Shown here: positions 27,677 through 40,781 of the stretch, piece after piece
How positions within the stretch are numbered: the first letter of the stretch is position 1
How the letters are laid out: the number at the start of each line of letters is the position of its first letter
Assembly (NCBI GenBank): GCA_032718475.1
Contig: JAUCBJ010008464.1
Span: 62,001-126,000, forward strand
Source: Nemertoderma westbladi
Lineage: Eukaryota; Animalia; Xenacoelomorpha
DNA: 64,000 bases
Direction: 5' to 3'
The notes under the pieces: generated by a model
Told to the model about the DNA's origin: nothing
Database searches by the model: none
What the model saw: only the letters and a program-made list of their open reading frames with translations
Position numbers and translations under genes: made by a program

Positions 27677-28330
27677 AAGGGAACGGTGGAGTGCTTGCAA
27701 TGTGGTGGATTTCGGCTAAACAAATTCACTAGTAACTCCCGTGAGTTTTTGGAACGATCCTGGTAGAAGACCGAGGTGTTAAAGATCTGGATCTCATCAA
27801 GGACGATCTTCCAGAAACCAAAACACTTGGCTTAAAATGGGACACGGAGAGAGATATCGTGTTTTTCCAGTTAAAACAGCGAGATAATCCAGTTAGAACT
27901 AAACGGATTTGTCTAAGTATCCTGAGCACTTATTTCGATCCATTGGGATTTATTAGCCCAGTTATATTAGTTGCTCGGAGCTTAGTGCAACAAATGTGGC
28001 TCGAAAACCACTCGTGGGATGATCCACTTAAGGGAGAATTGCTAAAGAAGTGGATGAAATGGGAAGATTCTCTACCATCCATTGAGAACTTTATTATTTC
28101 CCGTTCATATTTTGGTAACGTTCTCCCCACATATTCCTATCAACTCCATGTGTTTGGAGACGCCAGCGATATGGGAATAGGTATAGTAGCCTACCTGAGG
28201 GTTGAAACTCCGGATGGAATTAAAGTTGCCTTGGTCACCTCTAAGGCCTTGATAAACAACAAATTACGAGTTCCTCGAGCGGAGTTAAAGGCGGCTCTAT
28301 ACGCTACAGCCATCGGTCGGAATGTAACAG

Positions 28331-28739
28331 TAACAATGTGTTGGCAAGCTGTATTTTTCGAGGTGTTTGTTATTATACATTATATTATAAGAAGGGATCT
28401 AGGGGTCTTAACCTCGAATGATAAGTTTATTTTACCGAAAATAACTTATCTTTTATTGGCGCAATTGTAGGACTAATCCCATCACATGCGTACTTTTTAA
28501 CCGGGTAGTGTACAAATTTAGGAATCGCGTAATTTTTTTTTTTTTTTTTTTTTTTTCTTGAAATTAATATCTCATATCTCTCCAAACCACGTATGCGTTT
28601 CGACCTTACTGGGTCTCATCAGCGTGGTGTCGGATTCGAACCTGGGACCTCGAGGCGGAAGCCGAGACTACTTATTTTCGGTAAAATAAACTTATCATTC
28701 GAGGTTAAGACCCCTAGATCCCTTCTTATAATAAAATGT
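28331..28739 (-). mobile_element. 409-bp retro-insertion with tRNA B box, hammerhead ribozyme, poly(A) and internal inverted repeats
   Basis: 12-bp TSD GGAATGTAACAG (28319-28330 and 28740-28751); poly-T 28533-28556; ~60-bp inverted repeat at ~28383-28445 and ~28672-28733. Confidence 0.8.
28586..28628 (-). ncRNA. Minimal type I hammerhead ribozyme
   Basis: ACCACG-CTGATGA-GACC cagtaa GGTC-GAAAC-GC-ATA-CGTGGT: perfect helices I and II with conserved core. Confidence 0.82.
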
Positions 28740-31578
28740 GGAATGTAACAGAACAGATCGACTATCCACTGGAGAAAACTGTCTATTGGACTGATGCTTT
28801 ACTCGTTCTGGAGTATATAACAAATGAAGTCTGTCAGTTCAGCGTTTTCGTTACCAACAGAGTAGCCATTATACTTAGTCGCTCTAATGTAGATCAATGG
28901 AGACATTGCCCTGGGACGATTAATCCAGCCGACATCGCTTCCAGAGGAACAACTCCTCAAGAACTGATAGATACTCCGGACTGGTTAGGTGGACCCGACT
29001 TCCTAAGTAAAGAAGAGCATGAATGGCCTCCTCATCTCACCACGGCAGAGATTAGACAAGCCAAGGGAGTGGAGAAAGTCAAACCTAAAACCCAGACGAG
29101 TAAATCAAAGTTATTTAAACCCGTGATAGATCTGTCTGTACTACAGATCTCTGGGGATGACGCTGTGGATCTTAACTCCCCCACCACGAACAAATCTGTT
29201 ATAGAAATCAGGGAAAGAGACTGGAAATCTGGAACACCAGATGTCTCGCAAGGACTCTCCCCTCTCCTGCAGAGAGCAATAAATCATTATAGCTCCTGGA
29301 ATCGGCTTTGCAAGGCCGTTGTGTATCTTAAAAGATGTTTCCATCATCACTATTCCAGGCCAAAGATCGCTAGTGATACCGCTACAATAATATCCGAAAA
29401 GGTCCATGCTATTAAAGACCTTCCCGCTTATAAAGTGTCTGATAGGTTTCTGAATGAGAAGATCAGTTACCAAGAGCATGAATATATCAATAAGCAGATA
29501 CTGAGACTCCTGCAATGCTATGAAGATTCCGATAAGTATTTCCTGTTGTTGAGAAATCCACAGATGCATTTGAGGGATCGTTTCTCTAGCACAATGATAG
29601 ATGGGTTAATACGTGTCGGAGGGAGATTAACTAATGCTCCATTGTCCTTTGACACTAAGTTTCCCATACTCATTAGAAATCTTGAAATACAAATCAAGAT
29701 GATTGTAGATGTTCACAGTAGACTTTACCATGCTGGTAGAGAACTGGCTATTATTTCCATAAACCCCGCAGAGCTCTGAACCAAGTTCTTAGGAACTGTA
29801 TACCCTGTAGGAAAGCATTCAGTAGGCCTTTAACACAGCGAGAGGCAGAATTACTTAGGGAACGAGTAAGCTTCTATGAACCACCCTTTACCAATACTGG
29901 GGTGGATTTATTTGGCCCTATTGAAGTATATCGTGCTAGGACTATAGTCAAGCGATGGTGTGTCATCTTTGTCTGTATGACTTGTAGAGCGATCCATCTA
30001 GATATGGTGAACGATCTATCTACCAACAGCTTCATACTGAGTTTACGCCGACAGATCGCTCGTTTTGGGACTAGCAACACTATGAGATCCGACAAAGGAA
30101 CGAACTTCATTGGCCAATAATGAGATCAAAGCTTACTTGAAAGATTGGAACCAAAGACAGGTGGACGATCAGCTAAGGATAACGGCATCTAGCTGGACCT
30201 TCAATGCCGCCGACGCCCCTTGGTGGGGAGGAAGTTGGGAGAGATTAATACGGAGTGTGAAGACCGCATTTCACTTTATAGTGCCGTGCCGCGCGTATCT
30301 CACTGACGAACTTTTGCGGACGTTAATGGAAGAAATGCCGCCTATCTTAACGAGAGACCGCTTATGCCAGTCTCATCGAGTCCCGACTCCCTAGAAGCGC
30401 TGACACCCACGCATTTCCTACTAAAGAAACCTGTAGCCATGCTCCCGTAATCGGAAATCACGGACGGAGACGAATACTACCGACAAACTTGGCAACTTAT
30501 GCAGTTGTTATCCCGTCGTTTCTCTGACCATTTCGAAAAACATTATCTTCCTACACTACAACTTCGAACAAAGTGGTTTGCGCAGCAAGAAAACGTCAGC
30601 GCCGGAGACATGGTCCTTATTGTGGAATCAGATCTTCCACGTAAGAGGTGGCAGACAGGTCATATCATCGCGACTCATATATCCGATGATGGTTTAGTGC
30701 GATCGGTAAAACTCGTCGTCATGCGACGTAACTTTAAGAAACCTGGAATTGTATTCGAAACACAACAACTTAATCGCCCAGTTGGTCGTTTATGTTTACT
30801 GGAAAGAGACCGACAGTTATCCGGAAACTATGGAAGGCAAGATACTCTTCCCACGACCACCTCCCTAATCCAACAAACATCTAGGGACTCCTCAACGTAA
30901 CAGCGTTTGGAGTGGGTGTGTGACTACATTATTTTATATATTTTTATCATTTTTATATTTATGTATGTATTATTATGTAATTTTATTATTATAATCGTTT
31001 TCTTTAATTTTATTTAGTAGAATAATATTTTAACGATTATTCAGTAGATTAGTGCAATATATATTCGTGTTTATTACTTAATTACTTAGCATTATATATT
31101 TCGTTTAATGGCGAGAAATAATTCATTTTCTGTTTCCTTACTGTCCGTATCATACTATAAATATGTGACTACAGTAAGATGAAATGTCCATACTTCTTAA
31201 AAGTACAATACCGTCCCTACTTTACTCAAGTATTATTGGTAAGTAGAGTATTAGGAATGCAATGTTCAGATCCTCGTGTCTCGGCTAAACCAAGCTCTGG
31301 GTAGACCTTGGAAACGACTTGCCTCTTCTCACTGACATTGCTTCTTGCAATATTGCTCACATACCGTATATTAAATAATACATATAGTAGAATGATGTCC
31401 ATTTAACAGTAGCGTAAAACGCAAAATAAATCTGTTAAACCCTTTGACCATCTGAAATTCTAGTCGATTAAGATATCGCGGCACCCACCGATATACTTGA
31501 AAGACAAAATTCTAGAATCAGTGGTTAACGTCCCCAAACATGTTCTGGAATAAATCGGTGCCCATCTTAAATATTAAA

Positions 31579-33252
31579 TCTATATATATAAATATCCTCT
31601 GTCTGTCTGTGAGTCTGTGAGTCTGTGAGTCTATGAGTCTGTGAGTCTGTCCAAGCTATACGCTCCGACACACGAGCACCAATCTGAGCGAATGATACAT
31701 CGATCGAAAGCTCTCGTCCCGAGCACGTAAACTATCGCTATCTCGAGGCTTATTTTACGCGTTTGCTTGCGTGAATGCGTATTTTGTATTCGCTACAACA
31801 TGTTGTGTGATAAAATCTCAAAGTGATTCGAATATTCCTTTTGGCAGTACAGGCCTGGCAAAGCTGAGAGTTAGTTAGCAAGGCAGCTAGCTACTTGCAG
31901 ACCAATCATAGGTGGCCTGCAGCAGGCTGGGTTGGTTAAGTAGTAATCTCAATAAATAGGACCCAGCAGGAGAGTGGAGTGGATCTACTGTGATTGGTTC
32001 TTGACTTACATTGGTAAGAACAAGCAGTAAATCTTAGATTAGCTTTTTTTCAGTTCACATATTGTTTATAATCATAAACACAAAATGATTCAATTATTCA
32101 TTTTTGCAATGTACCGGATGGGTGCTAGCGAGGTAGGCCTAGCAGGTCGTCAGTCCGTCATCCTACAAGTTGGATCTTGACTCTATCATGTGCGTGCACC
32201 TATATAATGCAGACCATCCTCAGCCCGTGAACATGAATTGTAAAGGCTATCTCGAGGCTGATTTTTTACACATTTACTTGATACTTGCATGAATGCGTCT
32301 TTGAGGAAAATTGCATTATTCTGCAGTTGTTTTGTTATCGGAGAAATTACTGATCAGCAAGCAGGAAATTATAACAGCAGTTATTGCATCATCGTAACCA
32401 CTCTGCTGACACTTTGCAGAATAAATTCTACCTGACCATAGCTGCGTGTTGGGAGGACGCCGACCAGTTTGCAGTTCTTCAGTCTGCCACTAGGAGGCGA
32501 AATGTCTGAAAGTGAAAATCTTATCCTATCTTGTTATTAATAATGATTTTTAGCTGAGACTTAGGTCCTTTACACAATATGTTTATAATGTTTTTTTTGC
32601 TGATACCAAGCAGAGTATACTACACCGTAGGGTGTGTATTTGGGCTTGGGGAGACGATGACTAATCTTCAGTTCCCCAGTCTGCCGCTATTAGGGGATGA
32701 AATGTCTGAATGAGGAAACCTACAATTTTGTTGTTTATGAATACTTTTTTGCTGATACTTGGCATTTGGCAGAGGACTACTACACCATAGTCGTCATGTT
32801 TGGGGAGGACGCTAACCAGTGCATAATTATGCAGTCTGCCACTAGGGGGCGAAATGTCTGAAATTAAAACCTTCCATTTTAATACGATAGAGTTGCTGCA
32901 GTGACCTACTGCACTATAGGTTATGTTTGCGAGGACGCTAACCACTACTCTGCAGTTATACAGTTTTCCACTAAGGGGAAAATATTACACACAGTTTAAA
33001 CCTTTTCACATTTTATTATTTGTAATCCATTGGAGGTGTTACTTGGAAGGTATCTACTACAACATAAAGCCTTATGTTTATTATTGTATGTACTGTAGCT
33101 GCAACTAAAACGGGATCAGTCTGTTAGTCTTATGTAAAGTTTTGTTAAGTTAATTAATTAATTTATTTATGTTTGATATTGTCCATTGATTGATTGATTG
33201 TATAGAAGCTTGTGAACTAGAAAGCCGTGGCCGAAGGCCACGGGCTTTCTAG
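31579..33252 (+). mobile_element. Non-autonomous Helitron inserted in the 3' region of piece C
   Basis: A|TC start, GTCT-type microsatellite near the 5' end, GC hairpin CCGTGGCC-GAA-GGCCACGG, CTAG|T end; absent from the matching position of copies B and D. Confidence 0.85.
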
Positions 33253-34297
33253 TATTTAATAAATATTTATAAAATCTGTTAAAACAAGTGTTATAATAGA
33301 GTAAATGCTGATAAATTAACTCTAGAGAGTTTGTAAATCAAAAATCTGTTAAATTTTAGATCCTTTAAATTTCTAGTCAATTAAGATATCGTAGCATTTA
33401 CCGATACTCTTAAAAAGACAAAATTTCGAGAATTAAGGATCCTAGTCCCCAGACATGTTCTGGAATAAAATTGTGTCTATTTTAATGTCAAATAATAAAA
33501 TTTACGGAAATAAATTTTAAATTCATATCCTCTCATGAATTTTATAAATTGTCATTTTATTTATAACAATTTATAACATTCCCAAAATTCAATTAATTAA
33601 TAGATCATGGGAGCGGAGATTCACCATATTAAGTATATTAGTGTGCGAGAATCTCCAATGTATAGTCAATAACTGATAAAATTCATAAAATCATGTATAA
33701 AGGGGAAAATTGAAAATTAAAGAATTACTATTAAATAGCATCCCAGATCTGTATGCATGAAAATTACCCTAATTCTACTGCTAGCTTTCCATAATGTCAC
33801 CATAGCAACAACCACGCTAGAATTAGAAGCGAGTTAAAAGAACAATAGAAAGCTTGCCCCATTGAATAGCATGCGGAATAAATAGCACCCTGCTAGTATC
33901 CAGGGATACATAATAATAACGTGGCATTCTGGAAGGCACTTGACTAACAGACAAATGGCCCGAATGTGTACAATTTGTGACAGGAGTGTGGAATTTGTGT
34001 ATTTATAGGTGAATGTTACTACTAAAGTGTGTTTACAGTAGCGAGTCGCAGTTGTGAAAGTTACCCTGCCTCTGTAGCAAGAACCTCCAGTAGTTCTAAG
34101 CCCTTGGGACGGACAGTGGAGTGACTCGTGCTGGTTATTGTTGTCGTTGTGTAGCTACTATGTTGGCAAAAGGCACAACGATGACAGTATATCAACGCTG
34201 AGGATCTTGCGCTGTCCGGGGGCATTGAGGTGGAGGCAGCGACGACCGCTGGCCTAAATATCATTAATTATAATATCGATAAACTCATATAGCAGCT

Positions 34298-36480
34298 ATG
34301 ACTGAGTTAATAGAAGATGATCTTGGTATCATGGAGCGATATACCCTACCATTGCATTTAATAAGCGGCGACGCTAGTCAACCTACTACGGAGGACGATG
34401 GCCGTTATATCGAACCGCCAATGTCAAAGGAACAGCTCACGCGTGAATTGGACTATAGAAAATTCACCGCTCGCTATACGCATCGTAATGGTACGTATAT
34501 GGACTTCTTAACTACTGGTCTTCCTATCGATTTACATGACACGGACGATGTAGATACCGAAAGGGAGATGATCCTATTTAATTATCATACCCAGCAGAGT
34601 CGGAATGATAAACTGAAAATCGAACACGAAAATTCTTTTCGAAATCGACTCGAAAGAGAAGACGTTGAAGAGCCAGATAAACGCAATGACTTCAACGAAT
34701 ATTTGGAATTCTTAAGAGAAACATATCTCAATGTGGCCAGTCAACAAAATCTAGAAACTTGATATCTTCAAGGTATACATCATAACCCTATGATAGAATT
34801 CAAACGACTCTATTTCACTATGATGTATCTTACTGCCGATCGACCGCTACCTGTTGTACCGGATAGCTTCGAACAGATGGAGGAATATTGTAAAACTGGA
34901 GAAAGATCACCAGCGTTTCCCCTACAAGACGTGCGTCTTTAGTATTATTGCGATGAATGCCCTAGACCCAACCAACAAACGGAAAGACATAAACATACGC
35001 GGAGACGTTGCGCTAAACACAGTTTTACTCACTATACTTACAGGAGTTTCGAGCGAAACTTGTTCGATGTATCACCCACGCTCGCTCGACTCAAACGATC
35101 CTTAAACAAACCTATGATCAGAGTTCCGGAATACTCAGTCAGACCTCCTCATTCCCTAGTGAGACCTCAGACTCTTGATCCTAATAGTATGACGGATCCT
35201 CCTGAACTGTACTCATTGTTCAAAGATCTAGTGTTACCAGAACAATTAGACGGTGGCACTCCGGTTGTGGGCTCCCTAGATATTCGCCCATCCTACCTAG
35301 CCGGATTGGGACACGGACATCTAATATCGCCGTTCAACCCATATAATCATCCCGGTTTAACCCCGATACAACCCATCACCGAGGTGGAGGAGAGCGTTGT
35401 ACGAAACGCGTTAGACGCTATTCGGCAAAAGATCGGAAAAGGAACCTACGATTGTTTAGACAAACGTAAATTGCAACAACAAGTCCAAGTGGCAAAAGAA
35501 TTAGCTTTACCTCAGTTCGATCGGGAAATGCAGAATCTCGAAGAAGATATCGAACTCGGACGAACCTACTCTCTGTTTTTGGACGAACGCTTCCAATGAC
35601 AAGCGGAGGAAAATCAGCTCGAGGAGAAGCACATCGAAATGGACGAGAGAGAAGAAGCAGCTTTAGCCCAGCCAGAAGCTCAAATCCGTATGACGGATCT
35701 CTATTCCAAAACCATTATTCATCCTTCGATGGTTCCCATCGAAGTTCACAAACACTTCGCCACTGTACAACCCCAACCGGTTGATATCAACTTAAGATCT
35801 AGAGATCTTATCGCTGACGCTCCTATGTTACAACGTCCGCCAATCGAGGCTGCTCGTGTCGACGGTATACTCATTGAACCTCCTGACAATCGAGCGGATC
35901 TTGTCCGTGATATGGTACACGAGGTCAACCTACGCGCTAGACCTTTACTGAACTCATTTTATGGGATCAAAGACCACCCCCATTATGTCAATTTAACTCA
36001 ATATTATATGGTGAAACCGGAAGACCCTACACACAGTTTAAAGTTTCTACCATTGATAAATCCCACGGTGACTTGTTCATAAACTCGCATCCAGAGCTAC
36101 AAGAAGTTCATAGACGACCATATGAATATAAAGCCAGAGAACGCGAGTTGGAGAGAACCATCAAACCAAGGAAATTTCTCACTACTCACAGTCCACCTAC
36201 CGCTCTCATGCAAACGCCTCGTCAGGGACCAGTAAGAGCTGCTGTCCTGAAACGCGCTCTAAAGGTTGTTCGACCTCGTTCCACTGAGGTTGATATCGAT
36301 CAACCGGGTACCTCGACCGGCGGATACACTGACCGTAATCCTAAACCTTCCAATGCAATTGTATTGCACACCTCACCCAGGAGTTATAGCCCTCCTAGTA
36401 AAGTGGCTCGACCCAAAGAGAAAAGGACTCTTACTAGCCTCAAAAAACTTCGTAAACGCCGTTCACGTAAGAAGGACTAA
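34298..36480 (+). pseudogene. Accessory ORF3 of piece C (~730 codons, frameshifted), unknown function
   Basis: Consecutive overlapping ORF fragments from MTELIEDDLG to ...KKLRKRRSRKKD, ending ~80 bp before the 3' LTR. Confidence 0.78.
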
Positions 36481-36558
36481 TAGTTTAGAGTATTTTTGTA
36501 TTTTAGAAACTGTGATTTTTTATATTTTATAGACTTAAATCCCATTTTCTGGGAGCGG

Positions 36559-37657
36559 TGTAAAAGCTTTTGCGGACATAACAAGTCATTTTTCCGCAAT
36601 GCGCAGAATACTCTAAAATAGCCCTAAATTTATCCAACTACGCGACGGGAAGGAATTAAAGCCAGTATGACGAAATCTGTCAGCTGATTTCTTGTGGACG
36701 TGGAATTTCTTTGTTCTGCCTTATTCAGCCAATCAGAGCAATTTTCCCTTTATGTCTGACAGAGGCCTATGGAAACTCGCGCAATGCATTACGGTCTTTG
36801 TTTACTATTTTTCTGAGCATCAGAACCTGCTCGGAATCTTCTGTGCTTCTGTGTAGAATTTTCAGACTTTGGCCTAGGAAACATCAGATGGCCTTGATTA
36901 TAATAACGTAAATCTATTATCCTACTTAATCACCGCATCACATTTCATCATTATCAACTACATTTCATAACTGCATAAGTAACACATACTGACAGTTCAC
37001 CGCATTATTTTACTTCTGTTATTAATTGTTGTTATATTAATGGATATTGGTGTTATATTTGGAGAATACCGATAAATAATCATAAACCCCTCAATCTTCT
37101 TAATTACTGAGTTAAGAGGAACAGGTTTTTCCGGTAGCAACTGCGACTTAAATTATAGTGGTTTTTGTGTGAATTAAATGCTATTTCATAATCCCTACGT
37201 GTGTCAGTTGCTATCCTCCTTATATATGATCAAATTTAGTGAAGGTCGGAAGATCAGTGCTAAGTAGTGTGAAGTAGTGTGAAGTCGTGTGAATTAGTGT
37301 GAAGGTTAATAAAGCATCTCCTAAAGAATGCGCTATTTACAAAACTCTGAGGCCATCTAGTTGTGATTAGTATAAGTCATAAGTCATTTTATACTTAAAG
37401 CGCCACGCCTTAAAGGAACTGTTAATATTTCCCCGAAAGTAAATATATTTGTCAGAGATTATATAGTAACGATCAATCGAATAATACAGTAGGTCTACAC
37501 TGCAATAACTCTCAAGGAATCCGAATCCAGTCTCCCAAATCGTGGGTGATAGGTCGCGCACGGACTGGCTTCGGCTGATGTAACTTCAGTACACTAGATA
37601 ATTGATATAGGCTAAAGTCGATTTATAAACAAGAGGACAACTAAAATTGGCAGGTTA
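36559..37657 (+). repeat. 3' LTR of piece C, lacking the last ~25 bp
   Basis: GGGAGCGG|TGTAAAAGC start; homologous to B and D LTRs up to GGCAGGTTA. Confidence 0.88.
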
Positions 37658-37658
37658 G

Positions 37659-38719
37659 GGGAGACTGGATTCGGGTGCTTTGAAGTTATTGCGTTGCAGA
37701 CCTACTGTATTATTCGATTGATCGTTACTATATAATCTCTGACAATATTATTCACCTTCGGGGAAATATTAACAGTTCCTTTAGGACGTGGCGCTTTAAG
37801 TATATAAACAGAGTTATGACTTATATTAAACACAACAAGATGGCTACTGATTTTCGTAAATAGCACATTCTTTAGGAGATGATTTATTATCTGTCACACT
37901 GCTGCATACGATTTCACACTGCTGCACACTGATCTGCCGACCGTCACTGAATTTGACCATATATAAGGAGGATAGCAACTGACACATGTAGGGATTATGA
38001 AATAGCATTTAATTCACACTAAAACCACTATAATGTAAGTCGCAATTGCTACCGGTAACCGGTCCCTCTTACCTTCAGTAATCAAGAAAATTGGGGTTTT
38101 ATGATTATTTATCGGTATTCTCCAAATATAACAACATATCCATCAACATATAACAATTAATAACAGACAGTAAACAGAAGTAAAATAATGCGGTGATAGT
38201 CAGCCAGTATCGGTAATACCGGTACGCAGGTGCCAAGTTCAGTAGTTGAGTTGAGTGTGGCCCAGTTGTTATGGTTTGTTGCACAGTTGCACAGTGCAGT
38301 CAGCCAGTTGACAAGATAATAGATTTACGTTCCTATAATCAAAGCTGTCTAATGTTGGCCAAAGTCTGAAACTTCTACAGAAGCACAGAAAAATTCCAAA
38401 GCCGATGTTCTGAGGCTCAGGAAATGGTAAACACTAACACTGAATTGCGTGGGTTTCTGTAGGCTCCTTTCAACGCAAAGTGAAAATCGCTCTGATTGGC
38501 CGAACAGAACAAAGAGAAGTTCCATGTGTACAGTCTTTAGAGTATTAAGCGCATTGCGGTAAAGTAAGGCACGGTATACTGCGGGGAAAATGGCTTGTTA
38601 TGTCCGCTAAAGCACCCCACGGTACATTGCGGAGAAAAATGGCTTGTTATGTCCGCTAAAACAACTAAACAGTTCATTGCGGAGAAAAATGACTTGTTAT
38701 ATCCGCAAAAGCTTTTACA
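37659..38719 (-). repeat. BEL/Pao LTR E, inverted and 3'-truncated
   Basis: Ends GCAAAAGCTTTTACA on plus; homologous to the C LTR; three ~47-57-bp U3 repeats at 38580-38710; not preceded by the PPT. Confidence 0.85.
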
Positions 38720-39119
38720 GAGTGTATTGGATTTGGCACGAGTTGGGAGGTTAAAGTTCGAGAGCAAAACTCAATCAATACACCATATCCTGGAATTCGG
38801 ATTATAGTGTCGCACCAGTATCTCAGTAACATGGTTCGGATTTTTATATGTTCGCTGTGAAATGTTTCTAAACGGTAAGAAAAATTTAGAAATTTTCAAT
38901 TTTGTTTATTAAACCGATTTACTACGAACACACCGTAATGATGACGAATGTAGGCAACCGAACCGGGAAGGCCCATTACGCCTTATTCGCCTTATACAGA
39001 AATATATACAAATATAGAAACACCAATATATACATATAGTGTATAAATATAGTTTAAATATATAGTATATATTGTAAATATAGTGTATAAATCTATAGTA
39101 TATAGTGTATCAAAATATC

Positions 39120-40345
39120 GATATAATATTATCAGGCGACTACAACATAGACCTAAATAAACACGTTTTAACCTAGCTACAAATTACTTACAAATTTATG
39201 AATCAAATGGGACTAATACAATTAATTGATATGCCAACCCGAATTACACCTTTTTCAAAAATATGATTGACCTCATATTTAGTAATATATCTAATAAAAT
39301 ATTAACCCCTGGAGTTTTCCACAGTAATTTTGGATTTACCGATCACCTAGTTACCTTTTTGATAGTGTACGAAATTATTCATATTTTTTTAGACCAATTG
39401 ATAAAAAGCATATATATGATTATTCCAAATTTAATCAAGACCAGTTTACATCAGACATTCAAAAGAAACGCAACTGGACATATCAGAATAATAAAATACC
39501 AATGGAAAAAGTATTTCAAAAATTTTATACTGAATTTGAGGCTATAGCTAATAAACATTTACCGAAAAAAAGAAATGAAAAAAAGAGAGATTCCAAAAAA
39601 ACCATGGATGACTCCCGCAATAGTTAAATCAACAATTACAAAAAATCCTCATTAATGTTAAAACCAACCACGCAAAAAGAACAATATTATAAAAGGTACA
39701 GAAATAATTTAACGAAACTAATGAAAAAAGCAGAAAAAAAATATTTTGAGCTGGAATTTAAAAACATAAAAATAATATGAAAAAAACATTGCAATCAATT
39801 ATTAATCAAGCAATAAACAAAACCTAAAATCGAGGCACACCAATAAAATTAAACCCAGAAGACCATGTCTGGTAAAAAAGAAGAAACAAATGAAAAAAAT
39901 ATAAGTAATATATTCAATGAACATTTTGTAAATATAGGACCCCAACTTTCCGAAAAGTGATAGAAATCCAACGCGATATATCAATTACAAAAAACCCAAT
40001 AGCTTTAACCTTTTAGAAACAACGGCCGTAGAAGTGATTTCAATATAATATATAAAAACAAGTGCTACAAGTGCTACTCTCCCAGTAAGTAATATTAGTT
40101 AGGATTGCTGCGTATGATATAGATAGCTCCACACCTAACAAAATTAATTAATATTATCCATAAATAACATTTTTTTCCCGATGCGATACATTAAAAAACA
40201 CCAGAGTATCTGCATGCCTTATTTCTATTGACTTGAGGAAGACCTTTGATACCCTAAACCACCAAATTCTTTTAAATAAATTACAATGCTAAGGTATCAG
40301 AATTCATTATTCTTACATTATATAAATAAATGATCTGCCGAATTG
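39120..40345 (+). mobile_element. Highly degenerate CR1/L2-like LINE ORF2 fragments
   Basis: GDYNIDL, PTRIT, IDLIFSN, TDH (APE endonuclease); KPWMT; FVNIGP; DLRKTFDTLNHQILLNKL (RT). Confidence 0.75.
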
Positions 40346-40781
40346 TGGGGCGAGCCACGAAAGTAAGCGAGCTTAGCACACGGACGTTACTGAATCAGCC
40401 AAATCTCGATATAATCTATCCAAACTTGGTACACATGTAGTCTATGGCAAAAGTTTAGAAATTTTCCAAGTTGAATTTGCGTGTGGCCTTCGAGAAGCTA
40501 AGATAATAGCAGTTAATTAAGTTGATTAGGGTAAAACAGCATTTTCAACCTGCGTCTTAAAGGATATTAATTATTTTCTCGTATAAGATTTAAATAATTA
40601 TACTTAACAATTATACAACTGTATTCCCCATACCCTATTCAATTATAGTTTTTAATTAGTTCAAGTGATTTGCTTTAAGAAATGTGTTTTTACTTGATCT
40701 AAACGTAATTAAACTATCGAAATGCATCCCGTCACTCTATACCAGACATACTTGCTATTGCTTACTAGGCCTGCCGCAAAC

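Larger units (their letters stand above)
27677..30900 (+). pseudogene. pol: BEL/Pao pol 3' part (RT C-terminus, RNase H, integrase)
   Basis: GGFRLNKFTSN, LGLKW, FDPLG, FGDAS, PRAEL, YWTD, NPADIASRG, HAG, DLFGP, SDKGTNF, WWGGSWERL, DGLVR; frameshifts and one insertion. Confidence 0.92.
27677..37657 (+). mobile_element. BEL/Pao piece C: 3' half of a pol-containing copy (RT end, RNase H, integrase, 3' region, ORF3, 3' LTR)
   Basis: Continuous colinearity with copies B and D downstream of pol; probably the same original element as piece A. Confidence 0.88.

Noticed and set aside
34061-34264. Antisense ORF upstream of ORF3 that looks conserved between B and C
   Set aside because: No start codon in B, and frameshifts and stops in D; the substitution pattern can be explained by the sense-strand hairpin
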